A stretch of 64,000 nucleotides of DNA, from NCBI RefSeq assembly GCF_036971445.1, contig NC_091472.1, positions 229,772,001 through 229,836,000 on the forward strand, written 5' to 3'. The notes beneath the pieces were generated by a model, which made no database searches, was not told the DNA's origin, and saw nothing but the letters and a program-made list of their open reading frames with translations. The translations under genes and the position numbers were made by a program. Below are positions 49,530 through 62,455 of the stretch, piece by piece. Position 1 is the first letter of the stretch. Every line of letters starts with the position of its first letter. Source of the DNA: Narcine bancroftii (taxonomy: Eukaryota).

Positions 49530-52500
49530 TTTTTCCATAAAAATTTTCTTAACAATTTATTCAATTTTTGATAAAATTCCCCTGTTATGGGAATAGGTAT
49601 CATTTGAAATAAATATTGTAACCATGAAAATATATTCATTTTGATACAGTTTACTCTCCCTATTAGAGTTATCGGCAAGTCTGATGCCTAAATAATGTAT
49701 TGCCTGTACCTGCCATTTAAAAGGGAATTCTTTTTTACATTGTGTATAGTTTGCCGTGTTCATTAGCATCACTTCACTTTTATCAATATTAACTTTATAC
49801 CCTGAAATTGACCCATATTCTTTCAATTTGATATGTAACCTCTTTATTGATTCCTTGGGATGCGTTAAATATACTATAATGTCCTCTGCAAATAAAATGA
49901 TTTTAAATTCTTCCTCTTTAATCCTCATTCACTTTATCATTCTATCTGTTCTTATCATTTCTGCCAATGGTTCTATTGCCATGGCAAAAAGGGAAGGTGA
50001 CAGTGGGCATTCCTGTCTTGTTGACCTCCTCAATTAGAAATAATCTGAAATATAACTATCGGTTAGCATTCTTGCCTTGGGATTATTATATATGGCTTTG
50101 ATCCAATTAATAATTTTTTTCTGGTATTTTAAATTTCTGAAGTACTTTAAAGAGAAAGCTCCATGCCAGCCTATCAAAGGCCTTCTCTACACCTAGAGCT
50201 ACTGCTATTGTTGGTTCTTCATTTTCTTGTCCTTTATGTATCAGATTGATAAATTTGCATACATTATCTGCTGCCCTTCTGATTGATCTGATTTCACCAA
50301 CCACGGTAAACAATTTGCTAATCTATTTGCTAGTAATTTTGCTATTAATTTATGATCAGTATTTAATTAGGAAATTGGTCTGTATGAAGATGGTGACAAC
50401 GGGTCTTTCCCTATTTTCAGGATTGCTGTGATTATTATCATCTTATAAGATCCAGATAAATTCTGAGTTTCTTCCACTTGTTTTATTACATCTAAAAAGG
50501 GTGAAATTAATAAGTTATTACAAGTTTTGTAAAATACTGTAGGGAATCCGTCCTCACTTGGTGCTTTATTATTTGGTAGAGTCATTAATGTGTTGTATAC
50601 TTGTGTAATTGTCTGGGGATTTGCTAATTTATCTTGTTCTTCTGTATTTAACTGGGATAACTCAATATTTGTCAAAAATGTATCTATTTCCTTGTTCTTC
50701 TTTAGGACCTCTGATTGGTATCATTGTTTATAAAAACTCCTGAAATTTTCATTAATCTCTTGTGGTTTATATGAAATCGGATTATTTCCTTTCGTTGTTG
50801 CTATAATAGTTCTTGTTACTTGCTCTGTCTTCAACTGCCAAGCCAAGATTTTGAGTTTTCTCACCTAATTCAAAGCATCTTTGTTTTGTTTTCATTATGC
50901 TTTTTCCACTTGGTAAGTTTGTAACATATCCTATTTCAATTTTTCCTCCGTCAATTGTCTTTTTTCCTTTTTATCTTCTCCTTTCATTAATTCTTTCTCT
51001 AAATTTACTATATCTTTTTCTAATTGTTCTATTTCTTGGTAATGTTCTTTTGTTATTTTAGTTGTATAACTTATTATTTGCCCTCTAATAAAGGCTTTCG
51101 TTGCACCCCATAATATATCTGTTACTGAATTTGTATTCATATCAAAATCTATTTTAATTTGTTGTTTTACAAATTGCCTAAAATCTTGTCTTTTCAGCAA
51201 GATTGGATTAAATCTCCAGCTATATCCTTTATTAGGAGTATCCTCCAGAACAATTGTTAGCCGTAAGGGTGAATGATCTGATAACAATCTTGCTTTATAC
51301 AGGTACACAATCTTTTATCAGGAACCCTTGGGGGACAGTACATCTTCCGAATTTCAGATTTTTCCAGATTTCAGAACAAAAGCCAGCTGCCCCAGATTTA
51401 AGCCCACCCAAATTGGGCTGCCTTATTCATCCCCTTCCAGTCACGCTGCCGTCTCTCTCTCCTCCCCTGCCCACCCGAGTTGCACTGCCATCTCTCTCTC
51501 CCCCTTGCCCACCCAAGTCACACTGCTGTCTCTCTCTCCCACCCCACCCACCCGAGTCACGCTGTTCTCCTGTCGTCTTTCTCCCCCTTGCCCACCCGAG
51601 TCATGCTGGCGTCTCTCTCCCCCCCACCGCCAACCCACCCAAGTAGCGCTATCGTCTCTCACCCCCTGCCCACCTGAGTTGTGCTGCCGTCTCTCTCCCC
51701 CTCGCCCACCCCAGTCGCCCTGCCATCTCTCCCCCCTTACTCTTCCANNNNNNNNNNNNNNNNNNNNNNNNNNNNNNNNNNNNNNNNNNNNNNNNNNNNN
51801 NNNNNNNNNNNNNNNNNNNNNNNNNNNNNNNNNNNNNNNNNNNNNNNNNNNNNNNNNNNNNNNNNNNNNNNNNNNNNNNNNNNNNNNNNNNNNNNAAAAA
51901 ATGCTGGTTTTTGGAGCTTTCCGGATTTTAGATGTCCGGATAAAGGATTGTGTACCTGTACTCAACATCTTGGACTCTCCCTTGCATTTGGACAGAAAGT
52001 AAAAACATATCAATCCTGGAGTAAGTCTTATATCTGTTAGAATAATATAAGTAATCTCTATCTTTCAGTGTTGTTTTCTCCATTTGTCTATTATCTTCAC
52101 ATCTTGCATTGAGCTTAATGTAAATTTAGCTGTTTTTTGTATTTTTTCTGGTTTTATCTAATAACAGATCAAAGCTAAAATTAAAATCACCACCTAGTAA
52201 GATATGTCCTTGTGTATCTGCTAATTGTAAAAAAAAATTGCATAAATTCCTGATCATCCTCATTAACTGTAAATGTATTGAATAAGTTCCAGGATTCTGA
52301 GTAGATCTGGCATACTATCATAACATACCTCCCAGCCAGGTCTATAACTACTTTTTCTATTTTAATAGGCAATTTTTATTAATTAAGATAGCCAACCCCC
52401 TGGCCTTTGAGTTGTAAGATGAAACTACCACATGACCCACCCAATCTCTCTTCAATTTATGATGCTCTTCTGTTAAATGAGTTTTCTGTACAAATGCTAT

Positions 52501-54300
52501 AACTATTTTTTCCATTTTTATTGATGTCAGTAATATTTTTCTCTTGATTTGGTTATGTATTCCATTAATATTAATAGTCATAAACTTCAACATATTCATT
52601 CTGTTAGCCCGTATTTTTTACATACCACCCCCTCAGACCCTTCAACTCTCTTTCTCCCACCACATCTTGAAATTTAACATATCTTTGTATATGTGTTGAC
52701 ACAAACACTCTGAGAAAATGAAGAACCAAAAAAAGACTAAGGAACTGTAAAAAAGAAAACATAGAGAAAACCCCCCTTATTGAGTTGCCCTTGCTGACCT
52801 GCAGGACAACCATAACACCTTTAACCTTTTACAGGCTGCAGTATAAACCGCAGTTGTCATCTGATTTTGTAGCAGACCATCCCTCCCCAGCCTCAGCCCT
52901 CCCCCGGAGAATTTATAATTTTCTAAACTCTTAACCAAAGCTCTCATATAATCCAACTATTAAATCACTGGTTAACCTCCAAACCTATTTACATATATAT
53001 TGCCTTTAACTGTCTCTTAGTTCTGTCCATCACTCTCATCATTGTTAAATATTTGTCAGTTGTTCAGCGAAGACTCGAGCTTTTCTTGGGTCATCATTTT
53101 TAACACTGTTGGGTGCCGCAAGACAAAACTGTAACCTTCTCTCCATAATGTGTCTTTTATTGGGTTAAATTTCTTGTGTTTCTTTAAAAATTCTAAACTT
53201 ATTCCCATTATGTTCCAACGGACCTTTAATTTCTTTTGTTCTTCTGGCCACCAGCCCTAATATTTTTTCCTTTGTCGGATACCTTTATAATTTGACCAGG
53301 ATGGAATGTGGTCTTTACTGCACCTGCGACTTCGGTGCCAAAGCTCTGTGAGCTCTTTCAATTTCTATTTCTTCCTGGAGTTGTGGAATCCATTGTTTTA
53401 GAAATCCTTTTATGTCCTTACCTTCCACACCTTCTTTCAGGCCAACTATTTTAATATTATTATGCCTACTAAAATTTTCAAGGTTGTCAATTTTCTGGGC
53501 CAATAAATCTTGTGTCTTCGTGACCCCTTTACTCCTTGCTTCTGTTTTTTCCTTTAAGACAGTCATGTCAATTTCCACACCTTTCACTCTCTCCTCTACT
53601 TGTTCACATTGCTTTTTCATATCCCTTCTTACATTTTCCATATGTTGAATTTTAATATCTGTTTCAAGCACATATTCTCTATTAACTCTGATTTCTGACA
53701 TTGATGTTTCTGTCATCACTCTCATCTGATGGTCAAAGTATTTTATGTCTATTGTTTGGTTTTGGCTTTTACCTTTAATTTTCTTCTGTATCTTCTTTGT
53801 CACTTCCAACTCTTGATCCATATCCTCACTTGAAGTAGAATTAGTTTCCAAGGCCATTTCTCCTGCTTTGTTTGCCTTTGGGCTTACAGAAACTTGCTAC
53901 TGATGACTGTTCTCTTCAGTGGCCTGACTGGAATGTGTTCTGTGCATTGGTGATGAGTGGCATGTGCGCATTACTGTTCCACTTTCTTTTTCGGACAGCC
54001 AACACTGGAGCCCACCCCGCGACATCTTGCCCTGATGTTGCTCACCTGCCGGCTTTGCAGCTCGGGCTGCCTTACCCAGGAGATCTCCCAGTTCCGGCGT
54101 GCAGGTAAGGCCTTCTTTTTCGTCTTCTGGAGATTTCCTCAGCTCGTCTTTGCTGTTCGTTGTGACTCTTTCTTTCTTCAGAGTCATTTTCTTTCTTTTC
54201 TTTCAATGTTTATCTCCAGTTTCCTGTATTTTTTAAGTTGCAACTTTGTTTTTTTTCCCACTTTTTGAGTTATTCTCCGAAGAGGCCTGGTTTGACCTGA
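49530..54300 (-). mobile_element. Decayed L1 retaining ORF1, endonuclease and RT
   Basis: ORF1: LENFSRHNNIKIVGLKEG...IEIERAHRAL (53315-53857). EN: KFMTININGI, GRYVMI, LSDHSPL. RT: PSSYRPIS, EKAFDRLAW, LFAEDII. Confidence 0.9.
51300..51958. mobile_element. Tc1/mariner (Tigger-like) non-autonomous element inserted in the L1, with an internal degenerate C-rich tandem repeat
   Basis: TIRs CAGGTACACAATC...GATTGTGTACCTG flanked by TA on both sides. ccacccgagt-containing units at 51440-51747. Confidence 0.8.
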
Positions 54301-55766
54301 CCAGCTGCTGGTCCATCATGTGATACCCCACTCTTTATTTTTTCTGATATCCATGTTCCTATCGAAGGTTTTTTTTTAATGTCCCTATTGTGCCAGGCTC
54401 CACCATCAGCCCCTGCAATGCATTCAAGGTGCCCACCGGTCCCTGTGTTAAAAAAAATTACCTCTGGCATTGCCCCCAAATTTCCCTCCAACTACTGACT
54501 CACCCCTCTTCACCCAAGTCATTTCTAAAAATCACTAAGATCCAGATCAGATCCCCGCAGAACGCAACTCCTCACTGACCACCAGGCATTTCACCTCTCC
54601 TGCTACAGATGGAAGGCAGGTCTGGGCTGGAAGAGCAGTCAGAGCAATCAACCTTGTCTCACCCTCTGAATGGACCATTGCCTCTCCTTTCCACAATGAA
54701 CAAGTATATGGCCAGCCCAGTGACTCAGCTCCAACCATCACATGGAAGGATCTACACAGGTGCACCCAATGGCCACGTGATGAGTCACGTTTCCAGGACC
54801 CTACCATGACAGATTCAACCTGATGGACAAGAGACAGCAAATCACACCCTTAATGCGTCCTTGGACCCTGGTGCTGATATAACAGGGCAGCGTGTGAGTT
54901 TAGTTTCTCTTACACTGTGCCTACTGCATATTGTCATTGGCTGTACATTTTTTTTGAAGCATCAAGAGGGATGCTGGTACTGTGAGGATAGGAAATCCAG
55001 GCCACAAAAACAGGAAGTGCCAGAGGAATCTGAGGTGGCCACTGCGGTCAGGCAATGAAGCAATAACTATTTGTTTTGGGCCACAGTTAACACTGATTGC
55101 TGCACGAGACTTTGGAATGTTATTTGACCATGAGACTGGGGGTCACCTAAGGATCAGGATAAAATCAAAACGTTTCTTCTGATCTCAGAAACTGTTCTCT
55201 GCTAACACACCAGTTTGCTCACTTCCATTCAAGATGCAATGTTTCATTCTCACAGTGCAGTTTGCGCAGCACGGTTCGCATTGCAGTTAGCACAACACTT
55301 TTACAGCGACCCAGGATCGATCCTGGCTCTGTCTGTAAGGAGTTTGCCCATTCTCCCTGTGACAGTGTGGGTTTTTCCTCAGGTGCTTTGGTTTCCTCCC
55401 ACATTCCAACGAATGGAGCTTAGGAGGTTAATTGATCGCAGGGTGAATTTGAGTGGCCTGGGCTCATATGCCGTAATGGCCTGTTACCCTGCTGTATTTT
55501 TAAAGAAGCAAAAACCATAGAAAACTACAGCACAGAAATTGGCCCATTGGCCCTTCTAATCTGTCCTGGATTATTTAGTCTGCCTACCCCCATCGCCCTG
55601 CACCCAGACCATAGCCCATATATCTCCCATCCTTGCACCTATCTTTGAAACATCAAAATTGAACCCACTTCCACCATCACTGCTGGCATCCCATCCCACA
55701 TTCTTGCTACCCTCTGAGTGATGAAGTCCCCCCTCATGTACTTCTTAAACATTTCACCTTTCACCC

Positions 55767-56053
55767 TGTGATGCACTGCAGCATGAACAAACAAGTTCAA
55801 ACTATGAAGGCTGTACTAGAGGCTTTAATTAGCTTAAAACTTCCATACAAGGTTCAATATCCCTTCTGGCTTCGTGTGCTCTGCTCCTACACAAGGGCCG
55901 AAGTGAGCCTTTATATGGGGCCGGTGATTGGCAGGGAGTAGGTGAAGCCAGTCTCCCAAGTTACCTTCCTGCAGGTACAGTGGGTTGCCCCCTGCAGTAA
56001 GCAGGTAGGAATGCAGCCAGGCACAGGCAATCACAGACAGTCCAGTGGTTGTA
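55767..56053 (-). mobile_element. Solo LTR-like element
   Basis: Reverse-complement homologue of 61194-61491. Flanking CACCC direct repeat. Confidence 0.6.
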
Positions 56054-56308
56054 CACCCTTAACCCATATCCTCCTGTTCTGGTCTCACCCAACCTCAGTT
56101 TAAAAACCTTGTTTGCATTAATCTCATCTGTACCTCTCTGTCAAATCTCCCCTCATTTTTTGATGCTACAGGAAATAAAGTCCTAACCTGTTCTACATTT
56201 CCCTATAACTCAGCTTGTAAATTCCTGACAGCATCTTTGCAAGCCTTTTCTGCACTTGACAAATTCTACGTGGTTTGGAAATGAGGACCGACATATCTTT
56301 AAGGTGTA

Positions 56309-56744
56309 ATTGGGATTGTACTCGCTGGAGTTTAGAAGATTGAGAGGGGATCTCATAGAGACCTATAAAATTCTGGCAGGACTGGACAGAATGGATGCAG
56401 ATGGGATGGTTCCAATGATGGGAAAATCCAGAACCCGGGGCCATGGTTTGAGGATAATAGGCAAACCATTTAGGACCGAGATGAGGAGGAATTTCTTTAC
56501 CCAGAGGGTGGTGAATCTGTGGAATTCATTGCCACAGAAGGCAGTAGAGGCAGGTTCATTAAATATATTTAAGAGGGAATTAGATCTATTTCTTCAGTAT
56601 AAGGGTATTAAAGGTTACGGAGAGAAGGAGGGGACGGGGTACTGAACTTTAAGATCAACCATGATCTCGTTGAATGGCGGAGCAGGCTCGAAGGGTCGAA
56701 TGACCTACTCCTGCTCCTATCTTCTATGTTTCTATGTTTCTATG
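56309..56744 (+). mobile_element. Young 5'-truncated CR1 LINE
   Basis: Uninterrupted ORF LGLYSLEFRRLRGDLIETYKIL...FFTQRVVNLWNSLP. (TTTCTATG)n tail. 9-bp TSD TAAGGTGTA at 56300-56308 and 56745-56753. Confidence 0.9.
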
Positions 56745-57834
56745 TAAGGTGTATTTAAGGGAGAGATTGATAGGGGTTCTGATTAGCCATTGCATCAAAG
56801 GTTATGGGGAAGAGGTGGGCAGTGGGGCTGAGTGGGAAAATGGATCAGCTCATGATTGAAAGATGGGACAGACTCGATCAACTGAATAGCCTATTTCTGC
56901 TACTATGTCTTATGGTCTTATCTGCTAAAGAGCAAAACCAGCCACAGAAATAATTAGTAACCTGGTGTTATTAACTCTACAAGGTACCTAGCAGCCAAAC
57001 AAATCCAACCCACACCAGGGTCCAGGGAGCGGGTGGCTTGTGCCGATTGAACTACTTTTAGCTGATTCTACTGTCAAGATCATGTGTTGCTCATCCCTCA
57101 TTGTCCTTCAACTCCGAATTTCCTCATTTCTTTTGGGGAGCTATGAGGAGCTATTTCCACCACAGGGTGTGGATTCCCACTAAGGGCGGCCAAGTCAAGA
57201 GGCCCGAGTGACAATAGTCAGGTGCTGTTTTTTTTTTAGCTCTATTTAGTGCTGCTAACATTTTATTCTGGACGAATTAACTTTGGTGACTTTAAATATC
57301 CCATGGCTGTGGTTGCCTTGAAGCCCATCATCAGTCCAGGGCTTAGAATGTCTTTTTCAATTACAATATCGCAATGTTTGGCCATCATGCCACATGTGAA
57401 TTGCCACACTTGGAAGAATAAGTGAATATTTTTCTTGTACTTTTAATTTGATCCACAGAACAAAAGACACAACCAAAGGATAGATCATTTACAAACTATA
57501 GAATCTCTCAGTTATAGTGAAATGTACAGTCAGAGATCTGCAGAAACCCCTCCTTCCCCCCCCCCCCACCACTCCCTTATATGAACAATGAATAACAACA
57601 GATTAACAGCTTCTTCAATTTGATCGAGGCCTTCCGTGTCCACAAAAAGCCACTCATTTTTATTCACGGTCAATGTCTTGATTCCTTCTGGATTGGATTT
57701 CTGGAACCAACACAATGAATAGAGGTGTCATTTTTATGATCATCTAAGATGAGTTTGAACTCAATATTATTGTTGTACAGAAGGATCAAGAGGCAAGTGT
57801 CTAGCCTAAAGTCCTACTTACATCTGCAAGTTCC

Positions 57835-60800
57835 TCAGCCAATTATCCTTTTGACCTGCTTTACACCTGGAAGGAGACAATATTTCTCAGTAGCCTGAGT
57901 ATATCAAAGCTTTTGCATATCTTTGCAATGCATAAATGTAACTGAGAAACAGTTTGTGCATTACACTCGACTTCAGCATCTGCCGACTATCTTCCTTAAC
58001 TCTATTTGTATAGAATTATTTTTTGTTTTATGCAGTTAGTTACATAAATAAGATAAACAATATCAAATAAATGCATTTATAAAGGGTTAATTGCTTGAAT
58101 TTCAAAGTTGGAATCAAATGATTCCTCTCAAACATTTCCTGTTCAGTAGACAATGGACTCTCTGCCCCTATTGGTCAGAGACAATGGATTAACCGGCAAG
58201 TTGTTGAGATTATTGATCAGGTTGCCATTGTTGTAAGTATGGGGTTAATGGTTATAATCTGGGAGCTGGAGTGAATGTCATCAGCTCTCTCTTTGATGCC
58301 ATGAGGCGAAGAGAAGCGTTTGACCCCTCTTGGCCTGAACTCATTAAAATTTATGAGAATGAGGGAGGATCTCATTGAAACTTTTTGAATGTTGAAAGGC
58401 ATGGACAGTGTAGATCAGTGGATCCCTACTTACCACTTTAAGTATTCCCTATGTCATAGGTGGCCTGTGATTAGTAGGGTATGTGGATGGAGAGAAAAAG
58501 TTTGAAAACCAGTTTTAATTGTACCTAATTGACTCGTTATGTGCACGGTTTCATAACTCCAAAGGAAATGGGCCAATGACCATTTTTCTCAAGCAAAATA
58601 TTTCATTAACAATTGGGTCTAGAGCAGTGGTTCTCAACCTTCCCTTTCCACCCACATACCACCTTAAGCAATCCCTTACTAATCACAGAGCACTGATGGC
58701 AGAGGGATTACTTAAAATGGAAAGAAAAAGGTTGAGAACCACTGGATTAGATGTAGGAAGGTTTCATTTCTTCCAAGATTTACACAAATCCCATCCTCAC
58801 TCACTGCATCAGATGGAGCCCAAAATCAATGCATCTTAACAAGTCCAGCTAGTACCCTTTTACTCTTACCAATAATCTCCTGATTTACACTTACGTTTGT
58901 AGGCTCCTTGACGAGGCCTTCTCTTGAAGTTTATCTGTGTTTAAAAAAATGCATGTATTTAGTGCAAAGGAGCCAATGGTTAGTGTAGCAGTTAGTGCAA
59001 TGGTATAACAGTGCCAGTGACCTGTCAAATGCGCCACTGTCTGTAAGCAGTTTGCATGTTCTCCCTGTGTCTGCTTGGGTTTCTTCCAGGTGCTTCGGTT
59101 TCCTGCCACATTCCATAGACATATGGAGGGAGTAGGTTAATTTGGTGCATTTGGGGAGCATGGGTTTGTAGGCCGGAAGGGTCCGTTGCTATGCTATATC
59201 TCTAAATTAAAATTCAATTAAATATCAAAAAAATGTCGTTCTTAGCTCTTTCTAGGAAGTGCATCCCATTACTTGGAAATCAGATATGGATTTAGGGATG
59301 GAGAGGTGGCAAGTTGAATTGTGTTCTTATATTCCACGAGAAAATAACTTTTTTTTTTAAATATGGAGCCCATATTTACAGTATGTTGGTTTGAAGGTGT
59401 GAGGGGCTCTTGAAGGCCCGTCTCGTTGGTAACCCCTTAACTCTATTATTGTCTGTATTGAGAATAAATAATTCTTTCTGGCACTCTCCTAGTTTCTTTT
59501 TCTGTTTTCTTTCTATATTAGCCTAGGGTTGATGGGTGGGAGGGATAAGAGGTGTTTTTTAAATGCATATACTACATATATAATTTTTTATATACCTTTA
59601 TTGTACATAAAATTCTTAAATATAATGTTAAAAAAGTCAATGTTCTGAAGCCCTAAATATAAAGAGGAACTGTTCTCATAAATAATAGCAAAATGAATAA
59701 AGATTAGAAATCTGTTCCATGTACATGCATCAAGGTTCAATGATTTCAATAAATGTCAGAAAAGAGATACAAAGTACATTGGGTGATTGACACATGCGAC
59801 CAATGTTTCTAATATCACTGTCAATGAACCAATCAGGTGGGTTCAGGTCAGGCTTCCGTTTGGGGTGTCAGCAGAACATGAAGTTAAAAATAGAGGAAAA
59901 TTCTGATTCAAAGCACAAAATGCCCATGGCCCTGATCTGCAGGATGGCGGACTAACCTCAATACTGTTTTCACTCGATTCCATAGATCTACTTCTGTTGT
60001 CAATCGTCCTCAAGCCCCGGCACTCCACATCAATGTCAACAATCTTGCCAGCAAAGTATTCAACACGGCTTTTGCAGAAACCTTTTGCCTGTAGAAGTGA
60101 ATTATTTATTGAAATTGCTGCATGTCGACAGTAGACTCCAAGATACCTCAATGTTACACCCTTTGCGCTGCGTTCTGCTTTATCTCAGTACACCCAAGAG
60201 CTTCAACGCTAGAGTAAAACACAGGGCTCACCGCATTCTTTTTGGAGCGGAAGCGGCATCTGGGATGATCAAACTGCAGTCGGGACTTTTTGGAGCAGAC
60301 GGTTTCTTTCACGTTGAAAGCTAAATCCACGTTGTATGAAAATTTGCCTGTGCGATAAACCTAATGAAGGGAAAGGTTGCATTATTATATACTTTTATAA
60401 CTCTAACACAGGCACAGTAAAACTTGGAGTGATGTAGATATTTACATTCAAAGGAGGCCTCGATGCCACATTCAGCATTAGTGATTGGCGCAATGCGAAT
60501 ACAGCACCAGTGACCGGGTTAGAATCTGTCGCTATCAGTCAGGAGTTTGTACGTTCTCCCCACGGTCTGCGTGGGTTTCTCTGGGTGCTCCAGTTTCCTC
60601 CCACCCTTCAAAATGTACAAGGTTGGTGGATTAATTGGTGGCCAGAATCAGCTTCCACCAAATTGTAAACAAATTAAAATGATCATATCACGTGACTTGA
60701 AGCTTTAATTTGTTAAACAGAAAATTATGCCTTTAACTGTCACGATGATAAAGTACTGGAATCTTCCACAACAGGTGAGAGGTAAACAGGATCTGAAAAT

Positions 60801-62304
60801 ATTTTGGACTGAGTCTCGTGGCATGGTTCCTTGACAACACCTTCTCCTTTTTAATGTCAATAGGACAAGGGAGATGATCATTGAGTTCAGGAGAAGGGAG
60901 AGACCACACCCCTGTCCACATTAACAAGGCTGAAATTTCTTCCAGTTCCTCAAATAAATATCTCCACTGACCTGATCTGGGAGAAACTGAAAGTACACCG
61001 ATGTCTCTACTCTCTTGGGTTGATGATAAAGTTCACCAATCCCCACCCCATCCTGCAACAACCTCTCCAGGTGCACCACTGTAAGCATGCTTGCTGGTAA
61101 GGGAGCTGCTCTGCTCAAGATCGGGAGAGCCATCACTGTTGCTCAGACCATCACACAAACTTCCCTGTTCTCCATGGACTCCATTCATATCCCTGTGGTG
61201 ATACAACCACTGGACCGTCTGTGACTGCCTGCGCTCTCCGCACTCCTACCTGCCTACTGCAGGGGGAAACCCACTGTACCTGCAGTGATGTCACCTGGGA
61301 GACTGGGTCCACCTACTCCCTGCCAATCACCGTCCTCATATAAAGGCTCACACTGGCCCTTGGGCTGGAGCAGAGCACACGGTGCCAGAAAGGATACAGA
61401 ACCTGGTGTGCAAGTTTTAAGCTAATTAAAGCCTGGTGGAGTACAGCCTTTTGTTGTTTGTGCTTGGTTGTTCGCACTGCAGTGCACCAGAATCCCCCAT
61501 TGCCTCGGAAAGCAGCCAACGTACTGAAGGATTCATTACATTTCAGACACACTCCCTTCTCCTTCTTCCCATTGGGGAGAATGTCTATATAAGTGTAAAA
61601 CCGCTCACTAATAGGTTTAAAGGCATTTCTTCCCTCCAGCCATTGGACTTCTGAATGACCCCCATAACGGTGCATCCATGCAGCCCTTGCTTGATGCTAA
61701 TTGGTCTTCCTTTTCATTGCAACCCTCTACTCTGTAAATTGTGCTCTTTACATGGCTGTATTAATGTTAGAGATAACCTATTAGTCTGCTTGCAGAAGAA
61801 CCCTTCTCATTTTACAAGGTATTTTTGTGATAAATAAACTTCTAACTTCAGAAATAAATTACATATCGAAAGGTCAGATGTTTCACATTTTAGCATCCAA
61901 TCAAAATCACTCAAACCATTTGTCATTAAATATATTAAATCTGATTAATCAATATAATACTCTGCTCATGTTGGAATGAAGCCGGCGCTATTTTTTACAC
62001 TGTTGACAGTGGAACTGTTTATAGGCGGGCAAACTTACATCTTTCATGCTTCTCCCAGCCACATTGCTGAGATTGGGAATCCGGGTGATCTTATTCAGTT
62101 TTATCAGTGATGCTCTCAGAGCAGCCTTGGGGTTTGGTGCTCCTGCAGAGAAAAGAAAGGCCTTCAGTCCTCTGCACACATGTCAGTGAGCCATCATAGA
62201 CTAAAGCTCATATTCCATGCTCCATGAGGTCTCCACTCTCCCCTGGACCTACCTGAGCAGTGGAGGACCTGCACTGCAGCGAGGGCAAGCAGGAAGAACT
62301 TCAT
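57835..62304 (-). CDS. spp2: Diverged basic SPP2-like paralogue, copy E (~162 aa, frameshifted cationic C-terminus)
   Basis: Exons: 62304-62253 MKFFLLALAAVQVLHCS; 62142-62039 GAPNPKAALRASLIKLNKITRIPNLSNVAGRSMKD; 60360-60232 VYRTGKFSYNVDLAFNVKETVCSKKSRLQFDHPRCRFRSKKNA; 60088-59957 AKGFCKSRVEYFAGKIVDIDVECRGLRTIDNRSRSMESSENSIE; 58934-58895 (40 nt) INFKRRPRQGAYK; 57866-57822 RVKQVKRIIG* (stop 57837-57835). A terminal non-coding exon starts at 57700 and its 3' end is homologous to the B-D 3'UTR. Exons 1-4 are secure; the tail model is inferred. Confidence 0.72.
58416..58744. mobile_element. hAT/Charlie-like MITE in a copy E intron
   Basis: Inverted termini CAGTGGTTCTCAACCT (58625) and AGGTTGAGAACCACTG (ending 58744). 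An outer CAGTGG at 58416 has an imperfect 8-bp TSD. Confidence 0.6.
61194..61491 (+). mobile_element. Solo LTR-like element in copy E intron 2
   Basis: Termini TGTGGTG...CACCAGA, 5-bp TSD ATCCC, internal TATAAA and ATTAAA. Confidence 0.7.
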
Positions 62305-62352
62305 TCTGCCACTCGTGGGATCAGCCGCTGGTCTCTCAGAGTAAAGGAGCCT

Positions 62353-62389
<37 letters not shown>

Positions 62390-62414
62390 CTACCCTCACC
62401 CCGCTGCCCCTGGT

Positions 62415-62455
62415 CTTTATATTCTGCACCTCCACCACATCCAAACACTGACTCA
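62415..62455 (-). promoter_or_regulatory. Core promoter of copy E
   Basis: TATAAAG 62415-62421, ACCACA 62434-62439, TGACTCA 62449-62455. Confidence 0.6.

Noticed and set aside
51254-52040. Pro/Ser-rich long ORFs
   Set aside because: They come from a low-complexity tandem repeat inside a mariner-like element and span an N-run.
57530-57715. ORF KSNPEGIKTL... as the coding last exon of copy E
   Set aside because: The preceding exon terminates translation whether entered in the ancestral or the shifted frame, and the sequence is mostly homologous to the 3'UTR of B-D. It could be coding only if upstream exons are skipped.
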